A stretch of 32,000 bases of DNA from Alkalilimnicola ehrlichii MLHE-1 (GTDB lineage Bacteria; Pseudomonadota; Gammaproteobacteria; Nitrococcales; Halorhodospiraceae). Shown here in pieces: positions 17,790-26,131 of this stretch. A program made the translations under genes and the position numbers. Numbering within the stretch: position 1 is the stretch's first letter; the number at the start of each line of letters is the position of its first letter. Under the pieces are notes generated by a model. It saw only the letters and a program-made list of their open reading frames with translations, was not told the DNA's origin and searched no databases. The stretch spans positions 1,020,001 through 1,052,000 of the forward strand of contig NC_008340.1 of NCBI RefSeq assembly GCF_000014785.1, written 5' to 3'.

Positions 17790-19838
17790 TCAGGCGGGGG
17801 CGCTGTCGGCCGCCTCCAGCGGTCGTGCCCGCAGGGCCCGGTGAGCCCGCAGCAGGCCCCAGAAGACCATGGCCAGTACCGGAGCGGTCACCACCCACGC
17901 CAGCCGCTCGTCCGGATGCAGCACCACCACCGCGCTCAGCAGCCCCAGGGCGAGGCGGGTGCCCCAGTCCCGAAGCCATCCCTGGGCATAGCGGCCCTGC
18001 AGGGCGAGAATGGTCCCCAGGGTTCCGACCAGCAGCAGGGCGAAGGCGGGAAGCTGCGGCCAACCCGGCTCTACCACCAGCGCCGGCCGGGTGTAGACGC
18101 CGACCATGAGGATCAGTAGCGGCACGCACATGCCCAGCGCCGAGATCATGGTGCGCACGAAGGGGGCCTCGGCGATTCGCGAGGTGACCGCCGCCACCAC
18201 CGAGGTGGGCGGGGAGAGCTCGCCGAACACCGCCACCAGGAAGGCGAAGAAGTGCGCCACCCAAGGGTCGACCCCGGCGCGGATCATGAAGGGGGTGATC
18301 ACCACTGCCACGATGATGTAGGTGGGCGCCACCGGCAGGCCCATGCCCACCAGGTAGCCGAAGGCGAAAGCCACCAGCACCATCAGGGCCAGGTGCGCGC
18401 CGGCCATCTCCATCAGCAGGATGCCCACCTTGGTGGGCACGCCGGTGATGGTGAAGGTGGCGGTGAGAATGCCCAGGGTGGCGAGCAGCACGGTCAGTTC
18501 CGCGGTGTTGGTGGTGAAGGTCTCGATCAGGCGCACGAAGGGGCGGCCGGCCTCTTGCAGGCGCGCCGGGGTGAGTCGCGGGCCGGACTGGTGGTAAAGC
18601 GCCCAGAGGAACCGCAGCAGGAATAGCGCACTGAGCACCGAGAACAGGGCGATAAACACCAACTGCGCCGAGGACATGGCCGCCCGCCGCTCCACCCCCA
18701 TCAGCCAGATCAGGCCGATCACCGCCAGGGCGTAAGCGGACAGGTTGATGATGTCCACATAATCAATCGGTTCCCGGCGCGGGGTGACCGCGCGCTGCAT
18801 GTAGCGGCCGGCCAGCAGGTAAACCGCGACACTGACGCCCAGGAAATAGAGGATCGCGGGGGCGAAACCGCGGGCGACCACATCGAAATAGCTGACCCGC
18901 AGGTACTCGGCCATCAGGAAGGCGGCGATGCCCATCAACGGCGGCATCAACTGCCCGCCGAGCGACGAGGCGGTCTCGATGGCGGCGGCCTTGACCCGCG
19001 GAAAGCCGGCCCGGATCAACACCGGGATGGTGGCCGAGCCGGTGGTCGCGGCGTTGGCCGCGCCGCTGCCGGAGACGGCGGCCACGGAAAAGCTGCCGAT
19101 CACCGCGGCCTGGGGCAACAGTCGGGGTGATCGGGCGGCCAGCCGGGAGCTGCCGGCCAGTATGGAGTCGATACAACCGAAGGCGCGCAGCACGGCCAGC
19201 ACCAGCATGAAGGAGCCGATCAGGGTCAGCCCCAACTGGGGCAGGCGCTCGAACACCCCGGTGGAGATCTCCAAACTGGTGGCGGTGAGAATGCGGTTCC
19301 AGCTCATCCCCGGGTGCTGGAACATGCCGGGCACCAGGTGGCCGTAGGCGGTGTACAGAATCAGCAGCAGGATCACGAGGGCCAGGGCCAGGTAGCGCCG
19401 CCGGGTGTACTCCAGGGTCAGCGCCACCACGATGGCGCCGGCCGCCTTGTCGGCGTCGTTCCAGAACCCCACCCGGTAGATGCGGATATTCTCGAACTCG
19501 GTGACCAGGTAGTAGGCCGCATAGATCAGCGCGGCAGCGTACGCGATGCCGATCAGGGTCGCAGGTAGCGGACCGAGCAGGGGGTAGAGATCGTCGTGGC
19601 GCAGGTCATTGGCGAAGGCAATGGCGACGGCGATGGGGACCAGCGTCACCGCCAGGAGCGTGGCCCCGCCGGCGCCGGTGAAGTAATAGATGCTGAGGTG
19701 GCTGAAGAAATAGAGCGCCAGGGCGTAGAACAGGCACTGGGCGACGATGTGACAGGCCAAGTGCAGCCGGGAGCGGCTGCGCCGGGGCTCCAGATCGGGC
19801 GTGGTGCGCCCCCCGCTGGCGTTCTCGCGCTCAGTCAT
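17790..19838 (-). CDS. TRAP transporter fused permease (TAXI-type, small and large membrane domains fused)
   Basis: About 680 aa and extremely hydrophobic, with many predicted helices. It lies immediately downstream of a TAXI binding-protein gene. The start is at ATG 19838 (MTERENAS...) or the ORF-track ATG at 19889. Confidence 0.85.
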   Translation of the reverse strand: MTERENASGGRTTPDLEPRRSRSRLHLACHIVAQCLFYALALYFFSHLSIYYFTGAGGATLLAVTLVPIAVAIAFANDLRHDDLYPLLGPLPATLIGIAYAAALIYAAYYLVTEFENIRIYRVGFWNDADKAAGAIVVALTLEYTRRRYLALALVILLLILYTAYGHLVPGMFQHPGMSWNRILTATSLEISTGVFERLPQLGLTLIGSFMLVLAVLRAFGCIDSILAGSSRLAARSPRLLPQAAVIGSFSVAAVSGSGAANAATTGSATIPVLIRAGFPRVKAAAIETASSLGGQLMPPLMGIAAFLMAEYLRVSYFDVVARGFAPAILYFLGVSVAVYLLAGRYMQRAVTPRREPIDYVDIINLSAYALAVIGLIWLMGVERRAAMSSAQLVFIALFSVLSALFLLRFLWALYHQSGPRLTPARLQEAGRPFVRLIETFTTNTAELTVLLATLGILTATFTITGVPTKVGILLMEMAGAHLALMVLVAFAFGYLVGMGLPVAPTYIIVAVVITPFMIRAGVDPWVAHFFAFLVAVFGELSPPTSVVAAVTSRIAEAPFVRTMISALGMCVPLLILMVGVYTRPALVVEPGWPQLPAFALLLVGTLGTILALQGRYAQGWLRDWGTRLALGLLSAVVVLHPDERLAWVVTAPVLAMVFWGLLRAHRALRARPLEAADSAPA

Positions 19839-19926
19839 CGGCCCGCCCTGTCCGGGGTGGTTCGGACAAGGGCGCCCCCGGCGGATCACAGGGGCGCCCC
19901 ACGACCGGGGTCAGGCCCTCACGGCC

Positions 19927-20961
19927 TTACCGGTAGACCCAGTCATCCCACGCCTCGTCCCAGGCGTCGTTCTCCTGCAGGAAGCGGGCAAGCCCCGGGT
20001 GGACCGGTACACTGCCGCCGCTGGCGGCCACCCCGCGGCGCTGCAGCTCGACCATATCCTCATCCACCTGGGCGAAGGCGGCATTGGCGGCGCGCAGCTC
20101 CTCGGACTTGGCCTGGATGATGGTGAGCATCTCGTACAGGTCCTCTTCCGGGACCTCCGGGCCGAGGTGGAAGCCGTAGAAGAAGGGTACGAAATGGGCC
20201 TCGTCAACGCCAATATCGGTATCGAAGCGCTCCGCCGGCACGGCCACCACCTCCATGCCCGCCGCCTCGATCTGGGCCCGCTCTTCATCGGTGGGGTTGA
20301 GGATGGCGGTATCCACCGACAGCATGGCCTCGTTGACCCAGGGGGCGACGCTGGTCTGCCCACTGGTGTAGGCGATGAAGGCGTCGATGGTGCCCTCGTT
20401 GAGCGAGGAACCCGCGATGCTCAGGTCAATCTCGGTGTAGTCATGGCCCACGTCCACGGCGGCCATGGCCCGTTCAAGTTGGGCGCGGACGTCCCACGGG
20501 GCGGGGCCGGTGAACACGGGGGCACCGGCCAGCCCCCCCCAGCCGTCGTACTCGTCCAGGTCGTCGGCGCGGACCGCCAGGCCCACCTCCATGGTGTAGG
20601 CCCAGAAGGACTGGACCGGCTCGCGCTCCATATGGGCGCGGAAATCCCGGAACCGGCCCGAGTCGTCGGCGAGTTCGGCGAAGGCCACGTCCGCACCGTA
20701 GTAGCCGTCAAACTCGCCCAGGGCGTAGCCGCGCACGGAGGCGACGGCGCCGGCGGTGGGCAAGACCGTGATGTTGTAACCGCTCCATTCGCGATTGAGG
20801 ATGGTCATCAGGTCCACTTTCACCGCGTAGCCGGTGGAACCGGTGGCGGAGGTGGCCCAGCGTAGCTGGGTGACCTCCTGGGCCATGGCCGCAGAGGGCA
20901 GACCGGCTATCAAGGCCAACGCGCCGGCGGCGGTGGCCGCTTTCAGGGTGCGACAGATCAT
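19927..20961 (-). CDS. TAXI family TRAP transporter solute-binding protein
   Basis: 344 aa. It has a signal peptide MICRTLKAATAAGALALIAGLPSAAMAQ and a strong GGAGGAG Shine-Dalgarno upstream. Its overall TAXI-like pattern and its pairing with a fused TRAP permease support the call. Confidence 0.8.
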   Translation of the reverse strand: MICRTLKAATAAGALALIAGLPSAAMAQEVTQLRWATSATGSTGYAVKVDLMTILNREWSGYNITVLPTAGAVASVRGYALGEFDGYYGADVAFAELADDSGRFRDFRAHMEREPVQSFWAYTMEVGLAVRADDLDEYDGWGGLAGAPVFTGPAPWDVRAQLERAMAAVDVGHDYTEIDLSIAGSSLNEGTIDAFIAYTSGQTSVAPWVNEAMLSVDTAILNPTDEERAQIEAAGMEVVAVPAERFDTDIGVDEAHFVPFFYGFHLGPEVPEEDLYEMLTIIQAKSEELRAANAAFAQVDEDMVELQRRGVAASGGSVPVHPGLARFLQENDAWDEAWDDWVYR

Positions 20962-21133
20962 CGGCTCTCCTCCCTTACATCCATTGTTCGGATCCCCTGC
21001 GTTCCCTTCCCGGGTTGCGGCAGGCGTGCATCGCGCCCACCTTTTCGGTTGTCATTGAACTGAGTGTTGTATGCGCCCGGTATCCGGTCAAGGCGGGCGT
21101 TTCGCAAGCGCAGCAAATCGGGGGAAGGGGGGG

Positions 21134-22384
21134 TCAGTCAGATCGGGATCGAACCGTTGTCAACGCCTCCGGATCGCGGGTCTGGGTGACCACGTCCATG
21201 ATGCGGTCGGCCCATTGCAGGGCCTCCAGGTAGGCCCCGGGGTAGCGCCGTCCGTCGGCGTCGTCCGTTTCCAGGGCCTGCCAGTGGCCTTGCTCATAAT
21301 CGCAAACCCGCTGCAGCAGGGCGCCGATGGCCCCCTCACGGTTGAGCAGGGCGCGTTCGATCGCCTGGGTCAGCGGCAGGGCCTGGACCAGCTCCGCCAT
21401 GGGCTGGTTCATCAGGGTGTCCAACAGCGAGAGCAGCCCGGCGGTGAAACAGGCCTCGGGGTTGGCGATGCCCGACTCCCGAGCCAGCAGCTCACACATG
21501 CGCGCCCGGGCCAGGGCGATGCGGCACAGCTCCGGCGGCTTGTCCTCCACCGCCGAGAGGGTGATCAGGATGATCCAGGTGCGCACGGTGCGGGTGCCCA
21601 GCAGGAGCAGCGCATTGTGCAGGGACTCGATGGGCCCGCGGGAGACCGCGGCCGAGTTGGCGCAGCGCAGCAGCCGGTAGACCAGCACCTGGTCCCGGGC
21701 GATCAACCGCTCCAGTTCCTGCAGGTCCGCGTCCGGGTCGTTGAGTTTGGCGAGCAGCGGCAGCAGCCCGACTTTGCTGCTGGCATGGCGCTGACCGGAG
21801 ACCAGGTTCGGACGGCTGAAGTAATAGCCCTGGAAGAAATCGAACCCCAGGTCGAGGCAAAGCTGGAACTGACGGTCGGTCTCGACCTTCTCGGCGAGGA
21901 GCTGCAGATCGAACTCCCGCAGGCGGCGGACCACCCGGGTCAGCGCCTCTGTAGAGGTGTCGTTGACCTCCAGTTTTACCAGGTCGGCACAGGCCAGGGC
22001 GGGTTCGTTCTCCGGCTGGTAGTCGAAGTCGTCCAGCACGATGACATAGCCCCGGTCGGAGAGGCTGCGCAGCCCGGCGAGCACCTGCTCGTCATCCAGC
22101 GCGACATCCTCCAGCACCTCCAATGCCACCTGATCGGGTGGGATGGGGAGTTCCAGCTCGCCGATCAGGTAGGGGCGGGTCAGGTTGATAAAGGCGGGCA
22201 CGTCACCGACCAGCCGCTCCAGCCCGAAATCCGTGAAGGTGTTGACCAGCAACTGCCCGGTGGCCTGATCCCCGTCGACCACATCAGCCCGATCCCGGGC
22301 GCCAGCGCGGTAAAGCAGTTCGTAGGCGACAACCTCCAATTCCCGGTTATAAATGGGTTGTCGCGCGAGAAAAATAGTGTCCAC
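21134..22384 (-). CDS. EAL + HDOD domain protein (c-di-GMP phosphodiesterase-like)
   Basis: From GTG 22382-22384: VDTIFLARQPIYNRELEVVAYELLYR (ELL variant of EAL), FINLT, LEVLEDV, VLDDFDY, KLEVN, AEKVET and FQGYYFSRP. The C-terminal HDOD pattern is ELERLIARDQVLVYRLLRCANSAAV...LLLLGTRTV. The 93 codons upstream of this GTG in the track ORF (to 22663) are translated repeat DNA. Confidence 0.85.
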   Translation of the reverse strand: MDTIFLARQPIYNRELEVVAYELLYRAGARDRADVVDGDQATGQLLVNTFTDFGLERLVGDVPAFINLTRPYLIGELELPIPPDQVALEVLEDVALDDEQVLAGLRSLSDRGYVIVLDDFDYQPENEPALACADLVKLEVNDTSTEALTRVVRRLREFDLQLLAEKVETDRQFQLCLDLGFDFFQGYYFSRPNLVSGQRHASSKVGLLPLLAKLNDPDADLQELERLIARDQVLVYRLLRCANSAAVSRGPIESLHNALLLLGTRTVRTWIILITLSAVEDKPPELCRIALARARMCELLARESGIANPEACFTAGLLSLLDTLMNQPMAELVQALPLTQAIERALLNREGAIGALLQRVCDYEQGHWQALETDDADGRRYPGAYLEALQWADRIMDVVTQTRDPEALTTVRSRSD

Positions 22385-22430
22385 GGGGGGAGGGTCCTTG
22401 CCTGCTTTCGATGGCCGCGCAATGGGCCTC

Positions 22431-22458
22431 AGTATCGTATAGATCGAATGCCTTTCAA
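22431..22458 (-). promoter_or_regulatory. Candidate sigma70 promoter for the EAL/HDOD gene
   Basis: On the minus strand this reads TTGAAA (22458-22453) - 16 nt - GATACT (22436-22431). It lies in the only AT-rich patch between the repeat array and the GTG start. This is a pattern match only. Confidence 0.25.
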
Positions 22459-22466
22459 AGGTATTG

Positions 22467-22526
22467 CCACCGTCTTCGCGAGGGCCGAAGGCTTCCCCAC
22501 CGTCATCGCGAGGGCCGCAGGCTTCC
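22467..22526. repeat. Two tandem 30-bp partial units (the first ~25 nt of the 97-bp unit)
   Basis: CCACCGTCTTCGCGAGGGCCGAAGGCTTCC (22467-22496) and CCACCGTCATCGCGAGGGCCGCAGGCTTCC (22497-22526). They are followed directly by the first full unit, which starts CCACCGTCATCGCGAGGGCCGCAGGCCCGCGG. Confidence 0.95.
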
Positions 22527-23590
22527 CCACCGTCATCGCGAGGGCCGCAGGCCCGCGGCGATCCATGCGGCGTGTGGACTGCCGCGTCGCTCCGCTCCTC
22601 GCAGTGACGTGGGGGGTGGACCCACCCCGTCATCGCGAGGGCCGCGGGCCCGCGGCGATCCATGCGGCGTGTGGACTGCCACGTCGCTCCGCTCCTCGCA
22701 GTGACGTGGGGGGTGGACCCACCCCGTCATCGCGAGGGCCGCAGGCCCGCGGCGATCCATGCGGCGTGTGGACTGCCGCGTCGCTCCGCTCCTCGCAGTG
22801 ACGTGGGGGGTGGACCCACCCCGTCATCGCGAGGGCCGCAGGCCCGCGGCGATCCATGCGGCGGGTGGACTGCCACGTCGCTCCGCTCCTCGCAGTGACG
22901 TGGGGGGTGCCCCCACCCCGTCATCGCGAGGGCCGCGGGCCCGCGGCGATCCATGCGGCGTGTGGACTGCCGCGTCGCTCCGCTCCTCGCAGTGACGTGG
23001 GGGTGCCTCCACCCCGTCATCGCGAGGGCCGCAGGCCCGCGGCGATCCATGCGGCGTGCGGACTGCCGCGTCGCTCCGCTCCTCGCAGTGACGTGGGGGT
23101 GCCCCCACCCCGTCATCGCGAGGGCCGCAGGCCCGTGGCGATCCATGCGGCGGGTGGACTGCCACGTCGCTTCGCTCCTCGCAGTGACGTGGGGGTGCCC
23201 CCACCCCGTCATCGCGAGGGCCGCAGGCCCGCGGCGATCCATGCGGCGTGTGGACTGCCGCGTCGCTTCGCTCCTCGCAGTGACGTGGGGGTGCCCCACC
23301 CCGTCATCGCGAGGGCCGCAGGCCCGCGGCGATCCATGCGGCGTGTGGACTGCCACGTCGCTCCGCTCCTCGCAGTGACGTGGGGGTGCCCCACCCCGTC
23401 ATCGCGAGGGCCGCAGGCCCGCGGCGATCCATGTGGCGGGTGGACTGCCGCGTCGCTTCGCTCCTCGCAGTGACGTGGGGGGTGCCCCCACCCCGTCATC
23501 GCGAGGGCCGCAGGCCCGCGGCGATCCATGCGGCGGGTGGACTGCCGCGTCGCTTCGCTCCTCGCAGTAACGTGGGCGGTGCGCCCGCAG
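22527..23590. repeat. Head-to-tail array of 11 near-identical 95-97 bp units, each an imperfect long palindrome
   Basis: The anchor CGTCATCGCGAGGGCCGC starts at 22531, 22628, 22725, 22822, 22919, 23015, 23111, 23207, 23302, 23397 and 23494. The periods are 97, 97, 97, 97, 96, 96, 96, 95, 95 and 97. The consensus is CCACCCCGTCATCGCGAGGGCCGCAGGCCCGCGGCGATCCATGCGGCGTGTGGACTGCCGCGTCGCTCCGCTCCTCGCAGTGACGTGGGGG(G)TG+3-4 nt. There are no unique spacers. Confidence 0.95.
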
Positions 23591-23594
23591 GGGG

Positions 23595-25319
23595 TCAGCC
23601 GCGCCCGAGTTTCAGGCCGACTTTGAGGATGCGGTTGCCCTCCATCTCCCGCACGGTGAACTGAAGGTGATCGAGGCGCACCCGGTCGCCCACCACCGCC
23701 TTGCCGCGGAACAGGTGGAGCAGGTACTCATCCAATGACTGCCCCGGGTCGACCCCCGGTGGCAGGTTGAAGCCGTAGACCGCCGCCAGGTCGCCCAGCC
23801 GCGTCTCGCCGTCCAGGGTGAATTCCCCGAAGAAGCGCTGCTCCTCCAGGTAGGCCGGCCCGGCCGGGGCGACGAACATGCGGTCGAGGAGGGGTAGATC
23901 GTCCGGCAGGCTGAGCAGGTAGACCTGATCGCCGGGCTGGAGGATGTCGCCGTCCTCTTCGCGTACCGGCGCCCCCTGCCGGAACAGGGTGAGGACCTGG
24001 GCGCTGTCCGGCAGCCGCAGGTTGTGCAGCGGCTTGAACAGGGCGGGGCTGTCGGACTTGACTCGATAGGAGACGAACTCGTAGTCCGCCTGCTGTGGTA
24101 CGTCCAGTTCCACCCGTTCCGTCTGGCCGGAGTCCGGGGGCAGTTCCAGGCCCAGCAGTCGGGCGGCGGGCGCGATGGTCCAGCCCTGCACTACCAGCGA
24201 CAGCAGCACCACGAAGAAGGCCACGTTGAAGAATTGTTCGGCCCCCGCCAGCCCCGCCACCAGCGGGAAGATGCCCAGGATGATGGGCACCGCGCCGCGC
24301 AGGCCCACCCAGGCGATGAACAACTGCTCCCGCCAGGGGAAGCGAAAGGGGGCCAGACAGGTGAAGACCGCCAGCGGCCGGGCCACCAAAATGAGGGCCA
24401 CGCCGACGATGGCCGCCTTCGGGGCCACTGGCAGCAGCTCCGAGGGGGTGACCAGCACGCCGAGCATGACGAACATGGTGATCTGCGACAGCCAGGCCAT
24501 GCCGTCGTTGAAGCGCTGGATGTTCTGTGCGGCCTGGATCCGGCGGTTGCCCACGATCAGGCCGGCCAGATAGACCGCCAGAAAACCGCTGCCGCCAGCC
24601 ACCCCGGTCGCACCGAAGACCACCAGCCCCCCGCCCAGGGCGAGCAGCGGGTACAGCCCCGGGGTCAGCGACAGGCCGTTGATGGTGTAGGCGAGCAGAA
24701 AGCCCCCGAGCACCCCTATTAAGGCCCCCAGCCCCATCTGCTGGACGAACTCCAGCGCCATGCCCCAGCCGATGCTGGTGTGCTGGCCCATGAGCAGCTC
24801 GATCAGGGCCACTGTCAGGAAGATGGCCATGGGGTCGTTGCTGCCGGATTCGATCTCCAGGGTGGCGGCGACACGCTGTTTCAGCTCCAGCCCCTTGGAG
24901 TGGAGCAGCGAGAACACCGCTGCGGCGTCGGTGGAGCCGACGATGGCCCCGATCAGGGCCGCCTCCAACCAGCCCAGGCCGAGGGCGTAGCGGGCCACCA
25001 GGCCGGTCAGGCCGGCGGTGATCACCACCCCCACGGTGGCCAGCACCACCGCCGGGCGCAGGCCGACGCGGAAGCTGCTGGTACGGGTGCGCAGGCCGCC
25101 GTCAAACAGGATGACCGCCAGCGCCAGGCTGCCGATGAGATGGGCGGTCTGGAAGTCGTCGAAGTAGAGCCCACCCAGACCCTCCTCGCCCAGCAGCATG
25201 CCGATCACCAGGAAGACCAACAACAGCGGAGCGCCTATCCTGTTGGATATGACGCTGGCCATGACGCTGACCAGCAGCAGCAGGCTGCCGAAGAATATGA
25301 CCTGGCTGGTAAAGTCCAA
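23595..25319 (-). CDS. nhaP2: K+/H+ antiporter, NhaP2/CvrA type (CPA1 family with a C-terminal TrkA-C domain)
   Basis: 574 aa. It has MDFTSQVIFFGSLLLLVSVMASVISNRIGAPLLLVFLVIGMLLGEEGLGG...FDGGLRT, followed by about 12 helices. The soluble C-terminus has GDILQPGDQVYLL (TrkA-C-like). Confidence 0.88.
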   Translation of the reverse strand: MDFTSQVIFFGSLLLLVSVMASVISNRIGAPLLLVFLVIGMLLGEEGLGGLYFDDFQTAHLIGSLALAVILFDGGLRTRTSSFRVGLRPAVVLATVGVVITAGLTGLVARYALGLGWLEAALIGAIVGSTDAAAVFSLLHSKGLELKQRVAATLEIESGSNDPMAIFLTVALIELLMGQHTSIGWGMALEFVQQMGLGALIGVLGGFLLAYTINGLSLTPGLYPLLALGGGLVVFGATGVAGGSGFLAVYLAGLIVGNRRIQAAQNIQRFNDGMAWLSQITMFVMLGVLVTPSELLPVAPKAAIVGVALILVARPLAVFTCLAPFRFPWREQLFIAWVGLRGAVPIILGIFPLVAGLAGAEQFFNVAFFVVLLSLVVQGWTIAPAARLLGLELPPDSGQTERVELDVPQQADYEFVSYRVKSDSPALFKPLHNLRLPDSAQVLTLFRQGAPVREEDGDILQPGDQVYLLSLPDDLPLLDRMFVAPAGPAYLEEQRFFGEFTLDGETRLGDLAAVYGFNLPPGVDPGQSLDEYLLHLFRGKAVVGDRVRLDHLQFTVREMEGNRILKVGLKLGRG

Positions 25320-25467
25320 GGATGCCTTCCGTATCGGGGTGCATGGTGCGACACGAGACCGCAGTTTAACGTAAGCCGCGGCCGGTTGTGGCTGCCAATG
25401 GCAACGCGCTGCGGTATCCTGAGCGCCCTTCAGATGTTACCGGGCGGACCGGACAGGGAGTATCGGC

Positions 25468-26097
25468 ATGGCGTTACGCTCAGCCCACAAACTGATCGCT
25501 TTCATGCTTTTCGTGATTTTCGCCGTCCTGTTGGTCGTCGGCGCCAAGGCCGTCGGCGGTGAACGGGATGATCAGGACAGCCAGCACGCGCAAATGGAGA
25601 CCCCCATGGTTGTATTCGAGACCAGCCACGGCAACCTCACCCTGGAACTCTTTCCGGACGAGGCCCCCATCACCGTTGAGAATTTCCTGCAGTACGTGGA
25701 TGACGGGTTCTACGACGGCACCATCTTCCACCGGGTTATCCCCGGTTTCGTGGTGCAGGGTGGCGGTTTCGACGAGGAGTTCCGGCAGAAGGAGACCCGT
25801 GCCCCGATCAAGAACGAGGCCGATAACGGCCTGCGGAACGAACGCGGCACGCTGTCGATGGCCCGGACCCAGCAGAAAGACAGCGCCACCTCCCAGTTCT
25901 TCATCAACCTGGCCGACAACGCCTTTCTCGACCACGGTACCCGCGACTTCGGTTACGCCGTCTTCGCCCGGGTGGCCGAGGGCATGGAGGTGGTCGACAA
26001 GATCGCCCAAGTGCGCACCGGCAACCGGGGTATGCACCAGGACGTCCCGGTGGAGGATATCGTGGTCAAGCGGGCCTACCGCCAGGGCGACGACTAA
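25468..26097 (+). CDS. Cyclophilin-type peptidyl-prolyl cis-trans isomerase with an N-terminal signal/anchor
   Basis: 209 aa. It has a hydrophobic N-terminus [18 protein letters not shown]. It then has [24 protein letters not shown]...[14 protein letters not shown]...GTLSMAR...SQFFINL, which are cyclophilin signatures. Confidence 0.9.
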   Translation: MALRSAHKLIAFMLFVIFAVLLVVGAKAVGGERDDQDSQHAQMETPMVVFETSHGNLTLELFPDEAPITVENFLQYVDDGFYDGTIFHRVIPGFVVQGGGFDEEFRQKETRAPIKNEADNGLRNERGTLSMARTQQKDSATSQFFINLADNAFLDHGTRDFGYAVFARVAEGMEVVDKIAQVRTGNRGMHQDVPVEDIVVKRAYRQGDD

Positions 26098-26131
26098 CCC
26101 CACCAGCCAGCGCAGGCGCACCCCGCTCCTG

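Noticed and set aside
22533-23529. Long ORFs on both strands inside the array (for example 22727-23356 minus, 209 aa; 22856-23473 plus, 205 aa) could be repeat-containing proteins.
   Set aside because: Unit lengths of 97, 96 and 95 bp are mostly not multiples of 3, so any frame drifts through all three phases. Indels sit in a homopolymer. ORFs are open on both strands simply because the GC-rich unit has few stop triplets. The 'proteins' are low-complexity Arg/Pro/Gly/Ala strings with no start context.
22467-23590. The array could be a CRISPR array.
   Set aside because: The entire 95-97 bp period is repeated with >90% identity, so there are no unique spacers. The unit is far longer than CRISPR repeats. 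No cas genes or leader-like AT-rich sequence occur in the window.
25393-25412. A sigma-54-like TGGCAA-N5-TGC motif overlaps the palindrome TGCCAATGGCA upstream of the cyclophilin gene.
   Set aside because: The GG-to-GC spacing is 9 nt rather than the required 10, and the -12 element is TGC rather than TTGC. No enhancer-binding-protein gene is nearby. It is probably a chance match in GC-rich DNA.
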